Assembly (NCBI GenBank): GCA_047495785.1
Contig: JBLDXI010000007.1
Location: 3,348,001 to 3,412,000 of the forward strand
Direction: 5' to 3'
From: Lepidodermella squamata
Lineage: Eukaryota > Animalia > Gastrotricha
Length of the DNA: 64,000 nt
A model generated the notes under the pieces. That model saw nothing but the letters and a program-made list of their open reading frames with translations. It made no database searches and had not been told where the DNA came from. Below are positions 36,409 to 47,595 of this stretch, piece after piece. Within the stretch, counting starts at the first letter, position 1. Every line of letters starts with the position of its first letter. A program made the translations under genes and the position numbers.

Positions 36409-39400
36409 TTAGAACGCTACTATAACTGCGTAGACGTTGATAACGAGGAAAATGTCGAAGTAGATGAAGAAGGCTGCGAGGTCCATCGCTCGAGCATAGC
36501 AGACCTTCACAGCTGCAATTGATACTTCGACCTTTTTTGACATTAAAAGCGGAAATTTCGCAGTTGCTGCAAACATTGCGGCTTCATAGAGGGCGATCAT
36601 TCCAGTGAGGCCAGATAGGATCAAGATGTATTCGGCCATAAGAACGGACTCCGCTGTATCAGGAATCAGCCCTAGGACATCTGACTGGATCACAATCATG
36701 CCTAGCAGAAGGGTGCCAGCGAATGTTGGACGATCTGGAACATCAGGCTGAAATATGAGCGAAGAGAATCCCAGCGCCATTAGGATTGAACAGGGTGCAA
36801 GAGAATTGATGAGATACGGTATTGGTTTTCGAGCAAAGGCGACATTAAATCGGGTATAACCCGATGTACCATTTCGTCTTAGCAGAGAAGACGTGATGCC
36901 ATAGAGGGAACTCGACGACTTTAGTTCCCACATTTCGCTGTCGAAGCTTCCAGGAATTTCAAGGCGAACCCCGCCAAATGCGACAAATTTATCAGCTTCA
37001 TCAAGGGCAAACGTAAAATCACATGTTTGTGAATCAAAGGGAAATTTCCGAAGCTTCAAGACACATTTTGACCGAAGCATCCCAAATCTCATCCAATGGA
37101 AAAACAGCGTGCGATTAGGGGTCGTTGGGTAGTAGACAACATGTATCTGCTCTTTGAATCCACTCTCCATGTAGGTGTCAGAAGTCGTATTGGTGAATCG
37201 CAAGCTCGGGACCCATAGCTGGCGTCTGTCAACTGCATATATACGATCTGCGTCATTGACTGCTGGAGCGGTAGTGTCACTTGGGCAGTCGTTAACGACC
37301 CACTGAACCACAACACTTCCCGAGATCGAGATTTGCCTAACCTGGGGATCGATATCATTCAGCTGATCCATCTCAAGAGTCAGGAAAATCTTTGTTCCAA
37401 AAGCTGGTGATCTGTTTGAAAACAGCTGTTTGAAATGACGTCTAAATATGACATATTAAGTCGTCTGATAAACCTGTTTGCTGTTTCTAAATTTTTGCAT
37501 GGTTTCAAATCGTCGATCTCGAGCAAAGGGATGATATTGCCGTTGATCAAATTTGGTATCAAAAACTCCGAGCTGTTTGTTATGAAATCATAAGTCCGAG
37601 GCCCTAGGGTTGTTGGTAGATTGGTGGTGGATGCAGATGGCCCCAGGCTCCACAGACGAAAATTCGAAACAGTAGCATCTCCTTGAGTGCCGTTAATTCC
37701 ATAAAGCATGATATTAGCATTGCCTTTTTCAATTTGATTTGTGCTTAGGCCACTTGCATTCGCATTGGACAAAATGATCATCGGATTTGTGTTGCTGTCT
37801 TCGGGTAGAGAAACAAGGGACACCTTGAGGAAAACACAGTCAGTTAAATTAGGAAAATTTTATACGAGTTCTTACAGAGACCAGATCGTTAACGCTTTGA
37901 ACGATAATTCGGAAATAGGCCGTGCCCGAACTGTTGAAAACGTTAGTAATTGTGACAGACTCATAGTCGTACGATAGCGGGACCGTTTGGCTGATATTTA
38001 CCACATTGGCATCGTAGGATAGGTACAGCTTCCCACCAATACCGATTTGCAGAGCCAGGTGAAGTCCATCATAGTTGTCGAATCTATCGGGACTAGCTGT
38101 GGCCCGTTTCTTTCGACCCGCTGTGCTGATACCTTTGAAAAAGTTATTTTGAAGGTATCAATAGGTATCAATTTTGCATCCACGTTGACTTACTGACGTC
38201 TGCTGGACGGCCAGTGATAGCAAACACAAGGTATCCATACGTAGCCCCTGTCGGGTCGTATCTGCAGCTGACATCCATTTCGGCTCGGAATGGAACGTAT
38301 CCCATACCTGACGGCAGCTTTTTGTCCAATAGTGCTGATCCGTAATCAGCTGTTGGATAGGAATTGAGTATCACCCCAGTTTTGTTACTACTTGCGCTAG
38401 CCGTGACTATGAATTTAGCCGTTGCGTTGATAGTTGAATTTGTGTCGTAGGACAGATGGCCGAGGAAGGTCGGATGGCCAGACCAAAGATAGGGCAATGG
38501 CGTCGACTTGACATCCGGCTCTGGCACCAAGTACCCTGGCATGGGAGTTGATGTGGTAGTTGTTGTAGTAGTAGTGGATGTAGAAGTCGATGGGGTTGAA
38601 GCAGTTTTTGTTGTTGATGTTGACGTAGTCGGGGTTGTGGTTGTTGTTGAGGTCGAGGTTGTTGGGGTAGTAGTCGTAGTCGATGATGTAGTGGTCGGTG
38701 TCATAGTCTTCGTGGTAGTCGTCGGAGTCGTGGTTGTGGTCGACGTAGTCGTCGGGGTAGTGGTACTGGTTAAGACCGTGGTTGTTGTCGTAGACGTGGT
38801 TGTTGGGGTAGTTGTAGTTGTAGTTGGCGTTGTCGAGGGAGTGGTAGTTGTAGGGGTTGTTGTCGTCGTTCCAGTTGTTGTTGGAGTTGTCGATGGTGTC
38901 GTTGTAATCGAAGAAGTTGAAGCACTAGGACTCAGTTTCCAAAAGTAGAAATTTCTGTTGTATGTGTGGCCATGTTGATAATTGCAGAAGTTGTTGATAC
39001 GCAGTTTCACAGTCCCAGAAGTCCAGATTGCATTCATCCCCGTTACATTTACGTAGTCAACACAAACTTTGGCCTGCAGGGTACTCAACGGCGCCATTGC
39101 CACAGTCAAGCTCTCTCCAAATACCTGTATTATCAGGCGAAATCGAGCAGTTCCTGAGGAATCGAACAGCCCGGTGCCACAACCCGGGGTCGACGTTGCC
39201 ACTATTGGAGAGCATGGTGCTTCACATGCTGAGCTGATAGCTGTGGGGCTGTAAAGTATTCGCATCCTTCCACCGTTCATAAGTTCTTGCCATACGGTGA
39301 AACCACGGTGATTTGACATGACATCTAAGCAACCAGCTGTGTCGGCTTCATAGGGGATAATGACGAATTCAAATTAAACTGAGTGAGGGGGATTCAAGGC

Positions 39401-39926
39401 AAACTCACACGGATAGGTCAGTGAGGTGCTGGAGAACATAACCCCAAGCCAACCAGGCGTAATGCTGGTATATGTCCCGTCGTAAGAAGCGGTAACGTCC
39501 ATCTCGGCGCGCCAATCCGTAGTCGTTGTGGGAAATTTCTTTTAGACCAAAATTGAATAGTATGGAGTCAATTGCTTGTTGAAACTTACGTTACTTCCAG
39601 AAATCCGACCGGTGTCGAGCGGGTCAGTGATGTCTCCAACTTGATAAGAGTCGGACAACTGATACGCGTCATCGTAAAGCGTGAATGTCTGTGAACCAGC
39701 AATGCTCGAGTTCGCCTGGTCAAACGACACGTTGGCTAAATACAATGCAGAGCCAGAAAATAGATACGGCATAGGAAATGTTGCCGTATCTGGTACAGGG
39801 GTTATTTGAGAAACTGTTAAGCAAAATCAGTAGACAGTATGAGGCGATTTTTTTAAGAAACACGTGAACCTTACCAACACCACCAACATGAATGAGCACG
39901 CATATCAGAAACGCGAAGAACTTCAT
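36409..39926 (-). CDS. Gene E: two-extra-domain Cys-loop receptor, close paralogue of B and D
   Basis: Same 7-exon layout; signal peptide MKFFAFLICVLIHVGGV; ORF pieces 39542-39772, 38168-39319, 37380-37823, 36409-37371; M2 PDRPTFAGTLLLGMIVI. Confidence 0.92.
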
Positions 39927-40069
39927 TTCAAAAACTATATCTAATCTGATTGAGAGCAAAATGTTTTTACCTGCGGAATTCGTGCTTCACAGTATTTTTA
40001 GTCTTATATCACCATGGAAGCTAATGGGTAAAGGTAAAGCTTACTAATCGTTTACAAAAGGGATATGCG

Positions 40070-40340
40070 AATTCAAACCATGCGTTTACGTTCCTTGAGA
40101 GCAGCATTTCGGTCCTGTTTGGCTTAGTCCCAAGGTTTCGCCTCCTCAAAATAGACTGGAGTGAAAGCCATCAGAGCCTCATGAACGAGAACAACTACTC
40201 CCCGCTGAGATACGTTGTCATCGCGGCAGATCGATAGCTTTCAAGTGCGAGATCGTGGCAGAATGCTGCATTGGCAAGCCCGTTTCTTCGGCTGCTTTGT
40301 CAACTTTAGTGTTAGCGCCATCGATTCTTCGACCAGCTTT
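40070..40340 (-). pseudogene. Decayed copy of the neprilysin last exon upstream of gene E
   Basis: Similar to 7130-7375 and 29300-29560 (ttcgcctcctcaaaat, ggagtgaaa, gcggcagatcgatagctttcaag). Confidence 0.7.
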
Positions 40341-40544
40341 TACTGCGATTTGGAGAATCAGAGCGCTAATGGTTTAAAGTTTATTTTTGGTTCTCCGTCA
40401 TTAAATGTACAAACTTATTTTAATAAAAACCGAGGATATCAGGAACATTTCCTGTTTTCGGGGAAATCACAAAAGAAGTAGAAAAGAATCACACGAAAAT
40501 TAATCAGTTATAATTTCTGATGTTAGGGTTCTGATGTTTCATTT

Positions 40545-43323
40545 CTACCAAACTTGGCATCGCTTTGCTGGGTTCATTCGCGAACCTGGTTTGCACTTGA
40601 ACGCCTCGCCGAATTCCGGCATGTTCATAACCATGCCCCAAATGCGGTGCTTAGCCGCTGCATGAACGTCCAGAGCATCGCTATTCTGCTGTTTCGCTTC
40701 GCCAGTATCGACGCCTGGAGTCAAACTCGCGTCGCAGTGCGTAAGGGCTGTTGTAACGAAAAACAACTGCTCGTTGTTGAGCTGCGGCGTAGTCAATTGC
40801 GGCAGGTCGATAGCTCTTAGGCGCGATCCGATTTCGCGGCGAAACGCAGCGTAGGCGAGCTTCATGCCTGTTACGTCGGCTATGTTGTCATCCAGGGTTT
40901 TCGAGTGGTCGATTTTATGCAGTGTTTCGACCGCATCCATCGATGCGTACTGCGCATCCTGAAATCAAAAGCTTTATGTTCAACTAAAAATCTGAGAAAG
41001 TGATCTGAGAAGTCACCAAACATTTGCTGCGCTCATCGAACTGCTGGATGGGACCAGGAGACCACCAATTACCAACTTCACCGTTTCGGTTGTAGTGACG
41101 GCCCCTGAAGAAACAGAATATATCATAATAAGAGAAATGAACAATTGAAATTCAACTACGTTGAGTCGAAAGCGTGAGTGAATTCGTGCGCGATTGGCTG
41201 CGCACATCCACCCCACTTCATTGCCAATGGGAAGCCATCGTGGTAGTAGGGCTCGGTTATGGATGCTGCTGGAAACTGAATCACGTTCTTCGTCATACTT
41301 AATAAATCAAAATGATTTCGGCCTCCTGGTTTTCCTGTAGTAATGACTTACTGATATTGGGCATTGACATCAATCGGATTCAAGGACGGCCAGCTATGCA
41401 AAATAGGGGCAATTGATAATTTGGACGGTGAAAGCAAATCTTACTCGTCAGTTCGGCTTGGCGGAAAATTGTCCAAAAGACGGAACAAGTGTCGATTGAA
41501 AGCGTTTGAAACTGCCATGTTATTCTCAAGAAAACCTTCCCCGGAAAGCTTCCCCATTGCAGTAAGTCCATAACGCTGTTCGAGCAGCCATTCGTCCAAA
41601 ACTAGGTCGTTATACCCGATTGAGAATAGCATTGATTCGGCCTTAGCAGTGACTTCAGCTCTTGTCCTTTCGTCGAGCCATTGGCTTGCTGATTTGTTAC
41701 GAATGATCGATTCGATAAAAGTTTGGCGAATCGTTTCAGCCATGCTTTCGATTGCAAATTTCGTTTCCACGCTCAAATACTCGCCGACGAATGGCCGCGA
41801 GACAACAGGTCCAAAGTAAGTCTTCGTATGCTCGGTACAAAGGAATTGGTCCAATTTTGGTGCCTACATCGCGAAAATAAAAATAAAATTGACAAATAAT
41901 GAAAGCGGATTTTACCTGTTTGTTCTCGTCGCAAGTATTTGCTGACTTCCGGCCTCTTTCAATATCAAACCAGTCAGCCACATTCGAAAAGGCGTCCATA
42001 AATACGGGGGCCATCGAGCAGAAATAAGGGGCCAAACTTGCCAAAAAGATGTAGTTTTGAATTACTCGATTGCCGTTCGGCGTCGCTAAGGTTCGGCTAA
42101 CAAGAGACGAGAAGCCTTTGAAATATGCAACGTCGGATAGTGAAAACTTCAAATCCCTCAGATTCGACCGCGACATCGCCGTGACTTCATATTTTTGAGA
42201 TACAAGGTCGAAAAATCGATCGAAATCAATGCCAGGCTTCTCGTTAGGAGTTGCAAGAATCAGACGCAGTTTTCTGATAGAAACATCTTTTTCGCCATTT
42301 TTGCCCATTTCGAACAACACCCCAGAGATGTTCAACGGCGCCACAATTCTAGCGAGTTGAATTTCGAAATCGACAATTGCCATCAAATCGGAGTCGGTCA
42401 TCATTTCTTCCTCATTTGTAGCTAACAGCTGGGTCATACGTCTCAGAAAGGTGAGGTAACGCGTTTTCGCATCTGCCATCACTCGGATACTCTTCAATGG
42501 GCCGTGGCGAACTTGAAGTGCTTTGAAGAAGCTTCGATCACCAAAAAATAGTGTTCGCTCCGGCTGGTTGTCAAGAGAAAGAGAAAAGCGTCCTTAGTTA
42601 CCAGTGCTAAAATTACGTTGCTAAGGACTTACTGTTAAGGTTAACGTGTTCTTAGAGCTGTTCCACAGATCGCGATCGACGTAGAATTGAAACATTCCGC
42701 CGATTGAATGGGAGGAAAATTGAAGGCTAGTCGCAAGGGCCTCTTCGAGCGACCATGAAGTGGGCAGTGGCGAGTTTGATAGTAATCGAAAATGCATAGA
42801 TTCAGCTACTCGCTTCAGAAACCGGACAGAATAGCGTTGGTCACGCTGATTTTCCTTGCCGTATCGCAAGCAGGATTTGAAGTATCGAATCGCATTTTTC
42901 TCTGCTTCAAGAAGATCATTGCCGTCATCTGAAAATCATTGCTTACTAATTGATGAAATCAGAAGATTAAATAAAACCTTTCGCCTTGGTAATTCGCTGA
43001 GTTAACATAGCTTCAACGGTAGATTCGATCCTGGCAAGGTAGTAATCCGGGTAGGACATGGCAATCCCTTGGAGCTGAGAATCTTCATCGCTGAGATGTT
43101 GAACAGGCAAACCGAATCTTCCGCAGACATATTCGTAAAAATCATCGCATGGGTCTGCAGAAGGCTGCATTGATGACGTGATGAGTTGAACTGCTAAATC
43201 GCATCCTTCTCCGCTGCATCCTGTAAAATTTTCAGATTTCAAAGGCAAACTGAATGCTGATACAATCAGGGTGAAAATAGCAACTGATTGTAATAATTGG
43301 CGTGGATTTCTCAATTCAGGCAT
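40545..43323 (-). CDS. M13 family metallopeptidase (neprilysin-like), probably secreted
   Basis: Multi-exon. N-terminal hydrophobic segment, DPCDDFYEYVCG, VNAQY, AHEFTHAFD (HExxH, exon about 41159-41297), DDNIADVTG, C-terminal MNPAKRCQVW. Confidence 0.92.
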
Positions 43324-44096
43324 GGATTTTGAATAATAACTTCATTAATCGCTTCATTTATTTTGTGAGAAAATTGGCATGAATAATGAATGCGGATATC
43401 CTTTTCGTGGGTATGAACTTCATTGCTCTTTTTCGCACGTGTTTTGTTCCCATTGTGAACCTGGGTAATAAAATTGATGCGCCACACCACTACTGTTTTT
43501 CATGTGTTTGATACAGGTCTGTTTTTTCATGATCTCTTGTTTATGTGTTTCTCCCCTCCCTCGTGATTTTTGCACTAGACGCAATAAAGCGGTGGTAATT
43601 ACAAATCCTACCTGTATGTTCATAAAAATCACGTTGTAAGTTCTTTATTGTAGCAAATCATGCTATTTTTCTCTTGAACAGAGGTCGGAGGCAGAGATAT
43701 TACGGATTTCAGCCATGTTCCGTATTAACCTTTCAGCGGCTTTTTCTTCAGGATATAATCGAAAAATTGGTTTGATAAATAACAACTTTTACAACATCGA
43801 GAATAATGACGATTAGGGGGTTTGGAAACCGGATTCCGGAAATACCTATTACCTATCACCTATACATGCTACCGTAATTCGACCTCAAGGTATTTGTGAA
43901 ATGAATTGTGGGACAAAGTATTGCTCGTATGAGCTGTTTTCTTAGTTGAGCGGGAAGATGCAGCCGCGCACTCATAAATAAACTCAGTTTCCGGAATGGC
44001 GAAATTTAAGAAGCTCAGACCGATCAAGGAAATGTGCAGCCTCACTCAGTTTTATTAACACAGTGCTTTTTATTCGTCGATTTACACAAATATCAA

Positions 44097-46475
44097 ATGC
44101 GATACTCTACAACATTGATTATTTTGAAATTTCTAGCGGCCACAATTTATGGTGTGAGTGCCGTTCAAAAGCCCTACACTTTATCAATGCTGACGCTCAT
44201 GCCCATCACCGGCAACGAACCAATAAGATCTGAATCATGCGAACAAGCGGTGAAGCTCGTGGTTGATACAGTGAATTCTAGAAGCGACATCTTGCCAGAT
44301 TACACAATCGAAACCAGAATCTACGACGAAGGTCGAGCTGGAACGTTAGGACCTTCGAATTACATGCGATTCATACGCGAATTCTATCAAAATCAAACAA
44401 AACGACCCGATACTTACATGTCCCCAGTAATTTACGGGCCAATGTATTCTTGTGGCGCAATATCAATACTAACCCGTCAAATCGGCATGAGCCACGTTTC
44501 CACTGGATGTACGAACTCGGCTTTAGTCAGCAGTCGAAAAATATACTCAAACTTATTCAGGGTACGAGCTACAAGTGACAACACGAACCTGGCTATGTTG
44601 CTGTTTGTGAAAACTGTCGGAAGATGGCGGCAAATCGGTATTTTGGGGGCACTGACGAGCAACTTGGATTTGCTCGTTGCAATTTCTTTCCAACAAAATT
44701 TGATTGAAAATGGCATAGACGTGGTTCATTTTGACACGCAGCCGCAGATCACTGTCGAGATGCTGATGCGGGCTAAGGCTAGTCGAGCGCGTATTTTCTT
44801 CATAAATTCATCAGTCAGCTCAACTTGCATCAACATCCTGTGCATTGCTCATCAGCTTGGCATGACGGCGCCGCAATATCTGTTTTTCGCAAATTTCTAC
44901 TGCAGCTTCCCAACGGATGTTGCCTACACGCAGTGCAGTCGTGATGTCTTAGAGCAGCAAGCTAAAATCATGATCTATATTGGTAACTTCAACAACCCAA
45001 GTTTCTACGCACCGGATGATGGGATCGGGTTTAGTTCCGCTTCATTCGAAAACGCGATGCTTCAAGGTTTGAAGAATATCAAATACCCGGACTGGGAAAA
45101 TCGACTATTTTGTCACGATGCGGTTTTAGCAGCAATTCTTGCGTTGAATAGGTCTGAAACGATCCTAAAGGAGAAGTACGAGGCCAGCTTGAGAGATTTT
45201 GAGACAAACCCAGAGCTAGTAAGCAGAATTGTGAATGCGTCCCTGGCTGAGATTGATATGCCAAGTCTTCGAATTGATCGCTTCAAATACTCTTCTAGAC
45301 TGGAAATGGACTCTGAGCCCATGCTTATGGGGCAAAGATTCGGAAATTCTTTGCTCATCTACCAAACAATGCAAGCTATCGACTCCAACATATCTATCAC
45401 AAAGCAAAATGTATCCAATTACTTTTGGGCTCCAAATGGGCGGAGCTTGAGATTGCCTTGGCAAACTAGAACCGGCAACCCTCCGAAGGATCTTTCGCAA
45501 GTCATTGATCTTAGGACTTCATTTCCCATTGGTGCTCTTGCATTTATTCTATGCGTTTCCTGTCTTGGCTTAGTGTTTCAGTCAGCACTTGGCGTCCATG
45601 TGGTGCTGAATCGACGAAATCAATCCCGTCTATTTTTCGACTGGAAGAAGAACCTAATACTTCTATCGGGATGTGGGGCTGTGAACATAGCGGCGATTTT
45701 GAATGGGCTAGCAATATTCTTCGAGAAGTCCGTAGCCCTTTGCTCTTTAACAGCTGTTATCCTGGTATTAGGGCTAACTCTAACCTCATGCAACCTTTGT
45801 CTTCAAATGGTAAGCATTGGTGATTCAATGAGTTCAAGCAGTCGGCGGCTAACTTCGCCCCCTGTTACCTTGCGTAAAAGCGTTGATCAAAAACCAGCTA
45901 CGGTGTCAGCTAGGTATTCTCAAATGAGACGTAGTAGCGTGCTCAACAGTTTCCCCGAACAATTCAGACCAATTATAATTGCTAAGCCACGTAGGCATTT
46001 CGTAATAGGAAGCTGCTTAACTATGGCTAGCACGTTGGTTCTTTTGATTATTTGGCTGGGCATTTTCGATCCATTCGTAATTGTCGAAAGCATCTCGCCC
46101 ATTCGTTTCGACGAAGGAATCGACTCGTACGTTCAAAGTACTGTATCATATTGCTACTCTGCCACTCAATATTATTGGATTGGAGCTTTTATTTTGATTC
46201 AATTGGCTTTCCTCTTCATAGCCGCATTCTTTGCTTACGAGTCTCGGAAAACGTATGTGAAAGCTTCACTTTTTCTACACGGTCGGCTTCTAAGGATGGC
46301 TTCCTGCAACGCAGCAGTAACTTTTGTTACGATAACGGCCATTTACTTCATTGTACCAATTACAAACATGCATGCCAGGAGTATTATTTTGAGTCTAGGT
46401 GCCATTATTCACTCCTTAAGTTTGTCCAGTATTATTTACTATCCGATTTGGTCGCGTAAATGGCCTGAAAATTAA
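44097..46475 (+). CDS. Intronless class C GPCR, GABA-B-receptor-like (Venus flytrap + 7TM, no Cys-rich domain)
   Basis: Signal peptide from ATG 44097; AVKLVVDTVNSRSDILPDYTI, YSNLFRV, HDAVLAAILALN, GNPPKD, then seven hydrophobic segments with FLFIAAFFAYESRK. Confidence 0.88.
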   Translation: MRYSTTLIILKFLAATIYGVSAVQKPYTLSMLTLMPITGNEPIRSESCEQAVKLVVDTVNSRSDILPDYTIETRIYDEGRAGTLGPSNYMRFIREFYQNQTKRPDTYMSPVIYGPMYSCGAISILTRQIGMSHVSTGCTNSALVSSRKIYSNLFRVRATSDNTNLAMLLFVKTVGRWRQIGILGALTSNLDLLVAISFQQNLIENGIDVVHFDTQPQITVEMLMRAKASRARIFFINSSVSSTCINILCIAHQLGMTAPQYLFFANFYCSFPTDVAYTQCSRDVLEQQAKIMIYIGNFNNPSFYAPDDGIGFSSASFENAMLQGLKNIKYPDWENRLFCHDAVLAAILALNRSETILKEKYEASLRDFETNPELVSRIVNASLAEIDMPSLRIDRFKYSSRLEMDSEPMLMGQRFGNSLLIYQTMQAIDSNISITKQNVSNYFWAPNGRSLRLPWQTRTGNPPKDLSQVIDLRTSFPIGALAFILCVSCLGLVFQSALGVHVVLNRRNQSRLFFDWKKNLILLSGCGAVNIAAILNGLAIFFEKSVALCSLTAVILVLGLTLTSCNLCLQMVSIGDSMSSSSRRLTSPPVTLRKSVDQKPATVSARYSQMRRSSVLNSFPEQFRPIIIAKPRRHFVIGSCLTMASTLVLLIIWLGIFDPFVIVESISPIRFDEGIDSYVQSTVSYCYSATQYYWIGAFILIQLAFLFIAAFFAYESRKTYVKASLFLHGRLLRMASCNAAVTFVTITAIYFIVPITNMHARSIILSLGAIIHSLSLSSIIYYPIWSRKWPEN

Positions 46476-47595
46476 AAGTGAGCAAGTGTAATTTATAATC
46501 GCCGGATAAATCGAAGAATATAACATTACGAGCCTAATGACTGTGACAAATGCTTGACTCAAGGCTTAGTTTCAAACTAAATGTATAAAATATGTTTATG
46601 TTTTTTGCTGCTGATAGTATCGTCGGTATAATATTCAATAATTCTATAATATAGCATATAACACGAGTAAAAAGTCAATGTCTGAACGGAGCCTGTCGAG
46701 ATTTACGAATCAGTGGAAACGATAAACGAGTGGAGATGAGTAAATGGAGTGGGGCGAGTTCGGATAAACGATTTACGAGCTTTACGATTTATCTATGCTG
46801 CGGTATAAACACTTACTGCCTGGTAACAACTAAGGAGTTAACAACAACAACAATTAGAGGGAGTAAATATGATTTCAAGCTCCAAAATCAATTAAGAATG
46901 AGAAAATTTTCATTCTTTCGACGGGTCTCATTCCCCGCTACTTTTCCTCGTTACTTACGTATAAGTTCTTCATCAAAATATCAAAAGTAAAAAAGTAGAC
47001 GGAACGCACAATTCATGTAATGGATAAGACCAATTGAGCAATCAGCGTGCGGATTGTTTTTCAACTGTTAACCTCGAAAAAAGCGCGATAGCGAAGCTCT
47101 GAGGCGTTGTGATTATCTGACGCGTACAAAAAACGGCCGAAAGCGGGGTATTCTAGTCACTCTCATCGATTAATTCACTTTCAATCTCTGTCGAAATTTT
47201 TACAATTTCACTCGCTGCTCTGCGATGAGAAAGGTCAAGTCTGAGTGTATGTACTTAGTTTATTTTTCCAAAGCTTCCATTTCGAATAAAGGAGACTAAA
47301 GTAGGCGGAAAGCGACGAATACAAAAGATGCATACATCGACAACGAAATGTCCCGTCATGCCTGATTACAGACACCTTTTATTTTTTCAAATTTTTGATT
47401 CCAATGAATCGCATTTGGAACGTTGAGAGGGGATGCTAGCGTGCGGCGAAACGTTCAGACTTCGCCATCTCACTAGGTGGTATTAGATATTAAATAAAAA
47501 ATGCACAGACTGAAAATCGTTATTTTAAATGAAGATGTGGATCATTAAGTGGGAATAATGAAGTGGGGGCGAGACGTTGGATGTTCCGTATTTCT

